Shown here: in pieces, positions 36,063 through 43,909 of the stretch
How the letters are laid out: every line of letters starts with the position of its first letter
Position numbering within the stretch: position 1 is the stretch's first letter
Source: Parcubacteria group bacterium GW2011_GWA2_47_26
GTDB taxonomy: Bacteria > Patescibacteriota > Patescibacteriia > GWA2-47-26
Direction of reading: 5' to 3'
Length of the DNA stretch: 46,291 bases
Assembly: GCA_001001705.1 (NCBI GenBank)
Contig: LCOG01000003.1
Span: 1 to 46,291 of the forward strand
Program-made: the position numbers and the translations under genes
Notes under the pieces: generated by a model
What the model was told of the DNA's origin: nothing
The model's input: the letters and a program-made list of their open reading frames with translations, nothing else
The model's database searches: none

Positions 36063-37226
36063 TTAAAGCAGGCCCGCTAATTTTTGAATGACGCCGACCA
36101 GTAGCAGAGCAATCATCGCGAGGCCAAGAATGGTTTTTAGATTACGGCTGCGAACATGTTTCCGTTTAAAAAACGCCAACGCGACTAAAATAATCATAAT
36201 TGCATCAAACCCACCAAAGACACTGCCTACAATATCAATGACTTGCACAAAATTACGCGCTCCGGCCAGGAAAAGAAAAAATGGAACCCAGACCGCGAAA
36301 ATCCAGGCCGGTATAGCCTTGACTCTAAAATCATAGGCAAAAGTTTCCTTAAGGTACAGCGCGACAACCAAATAAGAAGTGACTACCGCAAAAAAGCCAA
36401 AGAGCGCGCCAAGCCAGATTATATTGCTACCGAGCGTGCTTCTTAACCCTTCAAAAGCTTCTTCAGTAGTTGCCGTGCCAGAAATACCTACGACGACTAG
36501 AGCAAAAAGTAAGGTAATTATTACTGGTACGATAGTCCCGACAATAATGCTGCCACGCATAACAAAAAGGGAACGTTTCTCTTTTTTCCGAAAAAAGAGA
36601 AACGTTCCCTTTTTGTTGACCATATCCCACATCTCCGGGATTGCCGCGGCGCCACTTAAAGCAAAAAGTATAATGCCATAAGGAAAAAATAATCCCGCAC
36701 CTGTGCCAGCGCCAATCAAATTGCTGGCTTCAATATGGGGAACGCCTAAAACAAGAATCACCGCTATAATCGCAAGCAGAAGCCAAGTCATCCAAAATTC
36801 AACCCGATCAAAAATACGCAAGCCTAAAAAGGTTATAGTAGCCACAAAGCCGAATAATAAAATTGTATAAAAGAAGCTACTGCTCCCATTGCCGCCTTGG
36901 AAGAGTATTTTTAAAAACGTTCCTCCAACCAACATGTAGGCTACTTGCGCGCCCCAAAAACTTAGGGTTTGAGAAATGGTAACAATTTTTTTTGCCGAAT
37001 GACCGAGATAGCGATCCGCATAGCCAACTAGACGATGCTTGCCCGGCGTTCCCGCTACTACTTCGCCAAAATACAGATTAATCAGAAGTGAAACTGCGCC
37101 TAAAAGCACAATCCAAAAAAGTCCAATGCCAAATCCGGCCCGCGCTGAAACATAAGGCACGGCAAAAAGCCCAACACCAATAATCATGCCCATTAAAATG
37201 ATTGTACCGTGTAAAAATTGCCGCAT
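36063..37226 (-). CDS. Aromatic amino acid permease family (HAAAP/TyrP-like) transporter
   Basis: GMIIGVGLFAVPY..AG, PYGIILFA, AVVTSYL; about 11 TM helices. Confidence 0.85.
   Translation of the reverse strand: MRQFLHGTIILMGMIIGVGLFAVPYVSARAGFGIGLFWIVLLGAVSLLINLYFGEVVAGTPGKHRLVGYADRYLGHSAKKIVTISQTLSFWGAQVAYMLVGGTFLKILFQGGNGSSSFFYTILLFGFVATITFLGLRIFDRVEFWMTWLLLAIIAVILVLGVPHIEASNLIGAGTGAGLFFPYGIILFALSGAAAIPEMWDMVNKKGTFLFFRKKEKRSLFVMRGSIIVGTIVPVIITLLFALVVVGISGTATTEEAFEGLRSTLGSNIIWLGALFGFFAVVTSYLVVALYLKETFAYDFRVKAIPAWIFAVWVPFFLFLAGARNFVQVIDIVGSVFGGFDAIMIILVALAFFKRKHVRSRNLKTILGLAMIALLLVGVIQKLAGLL
36561..36617. repeat. Family C-like 57-bp palindrome in-frame in the permease
   Basis: AACAAAAAGGGAACGTTTCTCTTTTTTC-C-GAAAAAAGAGAAACGTTCCCTTTTTGTT; half copy at about 34228. 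Confidence 0.85.
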
Positions 37227-37376
37227 ACCCGGCGCTACAACACTTCATTAAAACCCTTAACTTGATCTATTAAATATGCTTGCTTGGCGCCGGCGCCGCT
37301 TTACTTTCTATAGTTGTAGCACCTGGCATACCCCTTTAGTGTATCACATTCCACAATCCACACACAGGAAAACCAC

Positions 37377-37405
37377 TTGACGCCCTCTTCCCTACAAGAT
37401 AAGGT
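37377..37405 (+). promoter_or_regulatory. Possible sigma70 promoter of dnaB (near-leaderless)
   Basis: TTGACG-17 bp-TAAGGT a few bases before ATG. Confidence 0.4.
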
Positions 37406-37408
37406 GGA

Positions 37409-38788
37409 ATGAATATGCCAAAACCTCTTTCCCTTGCCGAACGCGTTCCTCCTCAAAATATTGAGGCCGAGCAGTCTCTTTTAGGATCCCTGCTCATTGA
37501 CCGCGACGCACTTATAAAGATCGCGGACATTGTTACAGTGGAAGATTTTTACAAAGACAGCCATCGCATGATCTTTGAGGCCATGCTGGATTTGTTCAAA
37601 AATCGCGAACCAATTGATCTCCTCTCTTTAGGCAATCGTCTGGAAGAAAAACGCCAACTTGAAACTGTCGGAGGACGCACTTATCTTATTGAACTATCAA
37701 ACATCGTCCCAACTGCGGCCCATGTTCCACATTACGCTACCATTGTACAAAAAAAAGCGACCTTGCGGCGCTTGCTTGCGGCGGCAGCGGAAATTACGGG
37801 TCTCGGATTTGAGGAAGCGGAAGAAGTAGACAATATTCTAGACAAAGCTGAACAGAAACTCTTTGGGGTATCCCAAAAATATCTTAAGCAATCCTTCATC
37901 CCAATTCACGATGTGCTTTCCGAGGCCTTTGATCGCATTGACGAGCTGCACCGAGAAAAAGGCAAATTGCGCGGGCTTTCAACCGGCTTTGCTGAACTTG
38001 ATAACATTCTAGCGGGATTGCAAAAATCAGATTTAGTTATTTTGGCGGCGCGGCCATCAGTTGGAAAAACCAGTCTTGCCTTGGATATTGCGCGCTATGC
38101 CGCCACGCGACAAAAAATTCCAGTGGGCATCTTCAGTTTGGAAATGTCCAAAGAACAACTCGTGGATCGCCTCATCTGCGCGGAAGCCGGTGTTGACCTC
38201 TGGCGCATGCGCACCGGAAGACTTTCCGATCATCCGGAACAAGATGATTTTCCGCGAATTGGACACGCGCTCGGCACTCTTTCCGAAGCCGCGCTATATA
38301 TTGATGATTCCGCTTCCTCATCAGTCATGGAAATCCGCACCAAATCCCGCCGCTTGCAAATGGAAAAAGGCATGGGGTTGCTGATCGTTGATTATTTGCA
38401 ACTCATGGAATCGCGCACTAGAATTGAGAACCGCGTGCAAGAAATCGCGGAGATAACGCGCGCGCTCAAATCCATTGCGCGAGAACTTAACATTCCTGTG
38501 CTCGCGCTTTCCCAGCTTTCACGCGCTGTGGAGGCGCGCTCGCCCGCAATTCCCAAACTTGCTGATCTGCGCGAAAGCGGCAGTATTGAACAAGATGCGG
38601 ACGTGGTGCTTTTTATCTATCGCAAAGCCATGGATAGAAGCATACAATCCTTAAGCCCGGAAGAACGCAGTATCGCTGATATTCACATTGCCAAACACAG
38701 AAACGGCCCGACCGGACAAGTACAGCTTTATTTTGACGAACAAAAAGTCAGCTTCCGCAATCTGCAAAAAACGAGTCAGCCGTTCTAG
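37409..38788 (+). CDS. dnaB: Replicative DNA helicase
   Basis: PPQNIEAEQSLLG, AARPSVGKT, FSLEM, VDYLQLM, LSQLSR, DLRESGSIEQDAD, KHRNGPTG. Confidence 0.98.
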   Translation: MNMPKPLSLAERVPPQNIEAEQSLLGSLLIDRDALIKIADIVTVEDFYKDSHRMIFEAMLDLFKNREPIDLLSLGNRLEEKRQLETVGGRTYLIELSNIVPTAAHVPHYATIVQKKATLRRLLAAAAEITGLGFEEAEEVDNILDKAEQKLFGVSQKYLKQSFIPIHDVLSEAFDRIDELHREKGKLRGLSTGFAELDNILAGLQKSDLVILAARPSVGKTSLALDIARYAATRQKIPVGIFSLEMSKEQLVDRLICAEAGVDLWRMRTGRLSDHPEQDDFPRIGHALGTLSEAALYIDDSASSSVMEIRTKSRRLQMEKGMGLLIVDYLQLMESRTRIENRVQEIAEITRALKSIARELNIPVLALSQLSRAVEARSPAIPKLADLRESGSIEQDADVVLFIYRKAMDRSIQSLSPEERSIADIHIAKHRNGPTGQVQLYFDEQKVSFRNLQKTSQPF

Positions 38789-38789
38789 T

Positions 38790-38905
38790 CCCGTTAGAAG
38801 CCGCGGTCGCGACATACTGGAAAGCTAAATATACGCAAAAGGTCTCTATTATAATACTAAATATTAATCAGCAGGGTAGCACGACCGCGACCTGCTTCTA
38901 ACGGG
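38790..38905. mobile_element. MITE-like element, family F, filling the dnaB-recR gap
   Basis: CCCGTTAGAAGCCGCGGTCG...CGACCGCGACCTGCTTCTAACGGG directly followed by the recR ATG. Confidence 0.85.
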
Positions 38906-39505
38906 ATGAATTTTCCTCCTCCAATAACACGCTTAATCCAGCACTTTCGGGGTTTGCCGGGCGTAGGTCCGCGCACCGCCACGCGTTTTGTTTTTGCATT
39001 GCTTAATAAATCCGAAGACGAGCTGCGCGCTTTTGGCCATACTCTTGTAGATTTTAAACACAGCATCCGCACCTGCAAAGAATGCTTTAATATTTCCCTG
39101 CAAGACCCCTGCGAAATTTGCAGTAACCAAAAACGCGAACGTACTCTTCTTTGCATTGTTGCGCGCCCCCAGGACATTCAAGCTATTGAAGAAACGCGTG
39201 AATATAACGGCCTATATCACGTCTTGGGCGGAGTTTTGAATCCGATTGACGGCGTAACGCCCGAGCAATTAAGAATCAAGGAGTTGCTTACGCGACTTGA
39301 GGGGGAACAAAAATTTCAAGAGATCATACTGGCGCTGAACCTAGATATTGAAGGTGAGGCGACCGCGCTGTATTTGGCAAAGCTGCTTAAATCACGCGTG
39401 CCAAAAGTAACGCGGTTGGCGCGCGGTTTGCCTCAAGGCGCTGATCTTGAGTATGCTGACGAGGTTACGCTTATAAACGCCTTGAAAGGCAGACGCGATA
39501 TTTAA
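38906..39505 (+). CDS. recR: Recombination mediator RecR
   Basis: LPGVGPRTA HhH, C4 zinc finger, YHVLGG, EGEATA, RLARGLP..LEYADEVTL. Confidence 0.97.
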   Translation: MNFPPPITRLIQHFRGLPGVGPRTATRFVFALLNKSEDELRAFGHTLVDFKHSIRTCKECFNISLQDPCEICSNQKRERTLLCIVARPQDIQAIEETREYNGLYHVLGGVLNPIDGVTPEQLRIKELLTRLEGEQKFQEIILALNLDIEGEATALYLAKLLKSRVPKVTRLARGLPQGADLEYADEVTLINALKGRRDI

Positions 39506-39507
39506 AA

Positions 39508-39567
39508 AGAAAAAAAGAGAACACTTCTAAATTTTGTAAGCAAAATTAGATGCGTTCTCTTTTTTCT
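39508..39567. repeat. Family B palindrome between convergent recR and rplU
   Basis: AGAACACTTCTAAATTTTG...CAAAATTAGATGCGTTCT. Confidence 0.8.
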
Positions 39568-39582
39568 ATTGTAACGCGAATG

Positions 39583-39903
39583 TTATCTAGAAATCTTTTC
39601 GATCTTGATCTTTGTATATTCTTGACGGTGGCCGTGCTCTCTCTTATAACGCACCTTGCGCTTGAATTTTATGACAGAAACTTTTTTACTGCGGCCTTGT
39701 TCAATTATAGCTCCGTCTACACTAGCTCCCGATACAAATGGCGCGCCAATTTTTATTTCGCCGCCTTCATCACCCACCAATAATACCTGATCAAAATTAA
39801 TTTTATCTCCGGATGCACCGGGCAATTTTTCTACTTTCAAGACACTGCCATCTTTGACAATGTACTGTTTTCCTCCCGTACTAATTACTGCGATTGTGGC
39901 CAT
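39583..39903 (-). CDS. rplU: 50S ribosomal protein L21
   Basis: AVISTGGKQY, VEKL, IGAPFV, GHRQEYT. Confidence 0.97.
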   Translation of the reverse strand: MATIAVISTGGKQYIVKDGSVLKVEKLPGASGDKINFDQVLLVGDEGGEIKIGAPFVSGASVDGAIIEQGRSKKVSVIKFKRKVRYKREHGHRQEYTKIKIEKISR

Positions 39904-39965
39904 ACAAAACAAAATTCGTGAGATTAAAACGTAAGGTTAAACTATACCAGCCCAGAAAAGATACG

Positions 39966-42314
39966 TCAAGTGGCTATTGCCGGGGCTTTTATCGCCTCCT
40001 CTAATTTAAGCGACAGGATTTTGGAAATGCCCTCGGCCGCCATGGTAACGCCGTAAAGCACTTGCGCGACGTGCATGGTCGCACGATTATGCGTTATAAC
40101 AATAAATTGGGTGCGGTTGCTTAACTCTTGAAGTATTGAAGCGAAACGCGCCGAGTTAGATTCGTCAAGAGCGGCGTCAACTTCATCAAGCACTACAAAC
40201 GGCGGCGGATTTAACGCAAGAATCGCCGACAAAAGCGCGATCGAGGTCATGGCGCGCTCTCCGCCAGAAAGCATGGCGATTGATTTGAGTTTTTTGCCGG
40301 GCGGAGTCGCGGAAATTTCCACGCCGCGGTAGGTATTATTTTTAGTGAATTTGTCTAGAAGCGACGGCCGCTCTGCTTGTCTGGATCCAGCTAGCGGGGA
40401 CGCTTCTAAATTTTGTTGCACAAAATTAGAAGCGTCCCCTTTCTCGCTTGCCGTCTCTGACTCCTTGGCAATGATCTTTGAAAGCTTGGCCTGTCCGCCG
40501 CCAAAAAGAATTTTGAAATAATTGCCAAACTCTTCATTGATTTTATCAAAGGCTGTTTCAAACTGGATTTTTATTGTTTGGTCAAGTTCTTCAAGCAAGG
40601 TTACCAATGATTTCAAAGAATTCTCTAAATCCCCTATTTGGCTGGCTAAAAATTCGTACCGTTCGCTGACTTCTTTATATTCCTTAACGACCTCGGCATC
40701 CACTCCGCCAATTGCTTCAAGCTGGCGTTTTAAGCGCTGAATTTCAGGCAAGATAGTCTGGGGATCGGCGGAACGCGATTCTTCATGATCCAGACCTTGG
40801 CGGGATTCGTTTAAAACGGCCAGATAGTTCTCCCCCATCTCCTGTTGAGCTTCAGCTTTCAAGGTTTCATAACGCGTTTCGATTTTGGCAATTTCGATTT
40901 TGGCGTTGTTCAAGTCTGCTTCGAGCGCGTGCACTTCCGACTGCTTGGCAGACAACTTTCTCTGTATATCAAAAAAGGATTGCTTTTTTTCTTCAGCCAG
41001 CCGGCCAACTCTTTGCAATTCCAGACGCAGCTTTTCAAGCTCTTGATCAATTGTGTTAAGATTGGCCACAATAGCGTCCAACTCTTTTGTAATTGCCGTA
41101 GCGCTTGCGGGAGCCTTTTCACCTTTAAGGCGGGCGAGGAGATCGGAAACAGTAGTATAGAGTGTGCGAAGATTACTTTTTATGTCATCCTGAGTTAACG
41201 TAGCGAGCGAAGGATTTCCTAAGGATGCGGAGCGCGTATTCATGCGAGATTCTTCGCTACGCTCAGAATGACGAAGCAAAACGTCGAGTTCCGTGCGCAC
41301 CCCTTCCAATATCTGCGCTATCTCATATACTGGCACGGACACAGCTTCTTTTTTAGTCTCTAGGAGCTTGCGCTTGAGGTCAAATTCTTTTTCGCGCATT
41401 TTTTCTTTGCGCGCGATAAGCGCCGAATACTCATCCTGGATCTTTAAAAGTTCTGCAGGCTTGGTTTCGCTTTTTTCCAGTACGCGCATCTCTAATTCAA
41501 TTGTTTTAAGCTCGGCGGTCTTTGAATCCAGTTTTGATTGCGCTTGTTCCATTTTATCGCGCCATGTTTTTGCTTCAGTTTCACCGCTTTGCAATAGGCG
41601 ACCGTAATACTGGATTTGTAAACTGCGCAGGTCCCGTTCAATATCGCCGCGCTGCTCTAGGCGGCGCACTTGACGGGTAAGCGATTTAAGACGCGGCGTA
41701 ATTTCTTCTTCTAGCATACGCGCCTGATATAGATTCTCCTCGGTCGCGGCTAGCTTTTTCAAAGCTTGCTCTTTTTTTAATTGCAGGGGGCGGACCCCTG
41801 TTGCTTCATCAAAAAAAACTTTGCGCTCCTCGGGCGAGGCAATTAAAATCTGATCAATCTGGCCTTGTCCGATTACGCTATACCCTTCTTTGCCAAACGC
41901 GGCTTTGGCCAAAAGCATTTGGATATCCATTAAACGCGTGGTCTTCCCATTTAAAAGATACTCGGACTCGCCATCGCGATAAAGCCGGCGCGTAATTGTT
42001 ACTTCTGCAATATCAAGCGGAATCCGGCCGTCTTCATTATTGACGGTTAATTGCACCTCGGACAGGCCGGCTCGCGCTCTTCGGGCTGATCCGCTAAAGA
42101 TAATGTCTTCGGATTTTTTTCCTCGGATCGCTTTGATGCTCTGTTCGCCCAAAACCCAACGTACGGCATCGGCGATGTTTGACTTTCCAGAACCATTTGG
42201 GCCAACAATAGCGGTGAGTGTAAGTTGCCCAGAAGCATCGGGAGAAGAAAATAAGAGCGTGGTCTTATCAGCAAAAGATTTAAAACCTTGGAGCTGGATT
42301 TGTTTGAGATACAT
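39966..42314 (-). CDS. smc: Short SMC-family ATPase (782 aa) with in-frame repeat insertions
   Basis: GFKSF, VGPNGSGKSNIADA, LSGGE, LDEVDAALD, ITH; no recognisable hinge domain. Confidence 0.9.
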   Translation of the reverse strand: MYLKQIQLQGFKSFADKTTLLFSSPDASGQLTLTAIVGPNGSGKSNIADAVRWVLGEQSIKAIRGKKSEDIIFSGSARRARAGLSEVQLTVNNEDGRIPLDIAEVTITRRLYRDGESEYLLNGKTTRLMDIQMLLAKAAFGKEGYSVIGQGQIDQILIASPEERKVFFDEATGVRPLQLKKEQALKKLAATEENLYQARMLEEEITPRLKSLTRQVRRLEQRGDIERDLRSLQIQYYGRLLQSGETEAKTWRDKMEQAQSKLDSKTAELKTIELEMRVLEKSETKPAELLKIQDEYSALIARKEKMREKEFDLKRKLLETKKEAVSVPVYEIAQILEGVRTELDVLLRHSERSEESRMNTRSASLGNPSLATLTQDDIKSNLRTLYTTVSDLLARLKGEKAPASATAITKELDAIVANLNTIDQELEKLRLELQRVGRLAEEKKQSFFDIQRKLSAKQSEVHALEADLNNAKIEIAKIETRYETLKAEAQQEMGENYLAVLNESRQGLDHEESRSADPQTILPEIQRLKRQLEAIGGVDAEVVKEYKEVSERYEFLASQIGDLENSLKSLVTLLEELDQTIKIQFETAFDKINEEFGNYFKILFGGGQAKLSKIIAKESETASEKGDASNFVQQNLEASPLAGSRQAERPSLLDKFTKNNTYRGVEISATPPGKKLKSIAMLSGGERAMTSIALLSAILALNPPPFVVLDEVDAALDESNSARFASILQELSNRTQFIVITHNRATMHVAQVLYGVTMAAEGISKILSLKLEEAIKAPAIAT
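40396..40439. repeat. Family B palindrome in-frame in smc
   Basis: Encodes GDASNFVQQNLEASP. Confidence 0.85.
41183..41273. repeat. Family A doublet in-frame in smc
   Basis: Encodes RHSERSEESRMNTRSASLGNPSLATLTQDD. Confidence 0.88.
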
Positions 42315-42374
42315 AATTGAAATATTTTAGCGCATTGATAACAAATAGTAAATACGCGCATATAACATCCACAT

Positions 42375-42413
42375 AAAAAGAAAAGAGGGGCCGGCACGCA
42401 GTGGCAGCCCCTC
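42375..42413 (-). terminator. Intrinsic terminator after the small acidic ORF
   Basis: Minus strand GAGGGGCTG...CGGCCCCTC followed by TTTTCTTTTT. Confidence 0.65.
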
Positions 42414-42471
42414 GGCGGGAACGAAAAAGAGCGGCTTCCGGCGGTGTGGAGACGAGCTTGTGGAGGGTCTT

Positions 42472-42591
42472 CTACCCGGCGGGCGTGGGCGCGGGTTCGG
42501 GCGCGGCGGTCTCGGCGGGCGGCGCGGGTTCGGGCGCGGCGGTCTCGGCGACGGGGGTCTCCTCGGCGGGGGGCGTGCCCTGGTCGTCCAT
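42472..42591 (-). CDS. Small acidic Pro/Ala-rich protein, 39 aa (not in ORF track)
   Basis: GAGGAGGAGG SD, ATG at 42591; MDDQGTPPAEETPVAETAAPEPAPPAETAAPEPAPTPAG*; nearly all third positions G/C. Confidence 0.65.
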   Translation of the reverse strand: MDDQGTPPAEETPVAETAAPEPAPPAETAAPEPAPTPAG

Positions 42592-42763
42592 GGCGATCCT
42601 CCTCCTCGGGTTGAGTCCCTTTTCTAAAGGGTTCCGAGGCGCTAGACTATATAAAAATATGGTCTAACGCCTCAAAACCAAGGAATGCCAACTGTTTTCA
42701 TTGCCCCTATAAACAAGTACCACCGCTATTCTACTAGGTTGGCAAATTTAGTCAATGGGCCTC

Positions 42764-42792
42764 TTGCACAGCTTAATATGCTAGTGTATGCT
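42764..42792 (+). promoter_or_regulatory. Sigma70-like promoter for the tRNA cluster
   Basis: TTGCAC-17 bp-TATGCT. Confidence 0.5.
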
Positions 42793-42812
42793 ACCAACAG
42801 TTTTGCGAGGCC

Positions 42813-42847
42813 AAGACTAAGCCTTGGGTCGCCCAAGGCTTAGTCTT
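42813..42847. repeat. Hairpin palindrome before the tRNA cluster
   Basis: AAGACTAAGCCTTGGG-TCG-CCCAAGGCTTAGTCTT. Confidence 0.8.
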
Positions 42848-42867
42848 AAACTGGTCCCGTACCGTTT

Positions 42868-42940
42868 GCGCCCATAGCTCAATTGGCAGAGCAGGGGCCT
42901 CTTAAGCCCAAGGTTCCAGGTTCAATCCCTGGTGGGCGCA
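42868..42940 (+). tRNA. tRNA-Lys(CTT)
   Basis: Acceptor GCGCCCA/TGGGCGC, D arm TAGCTCAATTGGCAGAGC, anticodon loop CTCTTAA, T loop TTCAATC. Confidence 0.92.
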
Positions 42941-43120
42941 AAAGGTACGGGGTAGACGCCGCAGCAAGATAGTTCTGGGCCTGCCCCGCATTTAACGCGA
43001 AGCGTTATAGTGCGGGGTTCGACCCACAGCGGATGCACCATAATAAAACTATTGCGTACTTGCGCTTACGCAATTATGCAATATCATAATAGCATGGCAT
43101 AGTCCCGTATAAATGCTTGG

Positions 43121-43192
43121 GCCTGGGTAGCTCAGTGGTAGAGCGCAGGCCTGAAGAGCCTGGCGTCGTCAGTTCGATCCTGACCCCAGGCA
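43121..43192 (+). tRNA. tRNA-Phe(GAA)
   Basis: Acceptor GCCTGGG/CCCAGGC, anticodon arm CAGGC-CTGAAGA-GCCTG, T loop TTCGATC. Confidence 0.92.
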
Positions 43193-43263
43193 TTTGTACG
43201 GGATAAATTTAACCTGAACAGTAGCACCCTGATAGGCATCGGGGTTCTCACTCTAGGCATTTT

Positions 43264-43447
43264 GCCTGTGTAGCTCAATGTAGTTAGAGCGAGGGATTTT
43301 CACCCGCCCAAATTTTTGGCTGGATAGCTCAGTTAGTTAGAGCGAGGGACTCATAAGCCCTAGGTCGGTGGTGCAATTCCACCTCCAGCCAAAAATTTGG
43401 GCGGGCAAGTAAGCCCTAGGTCGGTGGTGCAATTCCACCCGCAGGCA
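43264..43447 (+). pseudogene. Outer tRNA(CAT)-type gene split in its anticodon loop by an inverted-repeat element
   Basis: 5' half GCCTGTGTAGCTCAATGTAGTTAGAGCGAGGGA; 3' half TAAGCCCTAGGTCGGTGGTGCAATTCCACCCGCAGGCA; acceptor GCCTGTG pairs with CGCAGGC. Confidence 0.8.
43318..43391 (+). tRNA. tRNA with CAT anticodon (probably elongator Met), nested inside the outer copy
   Basis: Acceptor GGCTGGA/TCCAGCC, anticodon loop CTCATAA, T arm GGTGG-TGCAATT-CCACC. Confidence 0.88.
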
Positions 43448-43448
43448 T

Positions 43449-43533
43449 TAGACTTGTCCCCAAATAACATTCTGGCTAATTTCCCTGATTTTCGGCTACA
43501 AACCACTTCTCGGAATTCGCCGTAATTAAACCA
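43449..43533. mobile_element. Truncated family D MITE (inverted), cut off next to a family B palindrome
   Basis: TAGACTTGTCCCCAAATAACATTCTGGCTAATTTCCCTGATTTTCGGCTACAAACC...GGAATTCGCCGTAAT. Confidence 0.8.
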
Positions 43534-43540
43534 CTAACAT

Positions 43541-43594
43541 AAAAAGGGACCACTTCTAAATTTTGCTGCGCAAAATTAGAGGCGGTCCCTTTTT
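43541..43594. repeat. Family B palindrome
   Basis: Nearly identical to 22460-22515. Confidence 0.85.
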
Positions 43595-43683
43595 GATTCC
43601 GTTTCTCTCTGCAAGTACATCGTCTGGGGCCTGTTGCCGAATACCATTTCTACTGCAAGATAAGAATTTTGGCTGCGACTTTG

Positions 43684-43725
43684 TGAAACATTCTCAACAT
43701 ATACGCCGTATATGCTTCAAATGTT
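43684..43725. repeat. Family H palindrome copy 2, just past the 16S 3' end
   Basis: Reverse complement of 1868-1909. Confidence 0.8.
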
Positions 43726-43909
43726 GATGATCCGAAGTTATTCGGACCAATACATCTCCTTAGAAAGGAGGTGATCCATCCCCAGCTTCCGCTAGGGATG
43801 CCTTGTTACGACTTAGCCCCTCTCACGAGGCCTTCCTTGGACGCCGGCTCTTACCCCGGCGGCTTCAGGAATTCCCCGCTCGCTTGGCTTGACGGGCGGT
43901 GAGTACAAG

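Noticed and set aside
16755-41273. Inteins as explanation for in-frame insertions
   Set aside because: Inserts are 15-35 aa, lack intein terminal motifs, and are DNA palindromes read in varying frames
42401-42667. 88-aa plus-strand Gly/Ala ORF
   Set aside because: It is the antisense shadow of the 39-aa minus-strand ORF, which has SD, promoter and terminator
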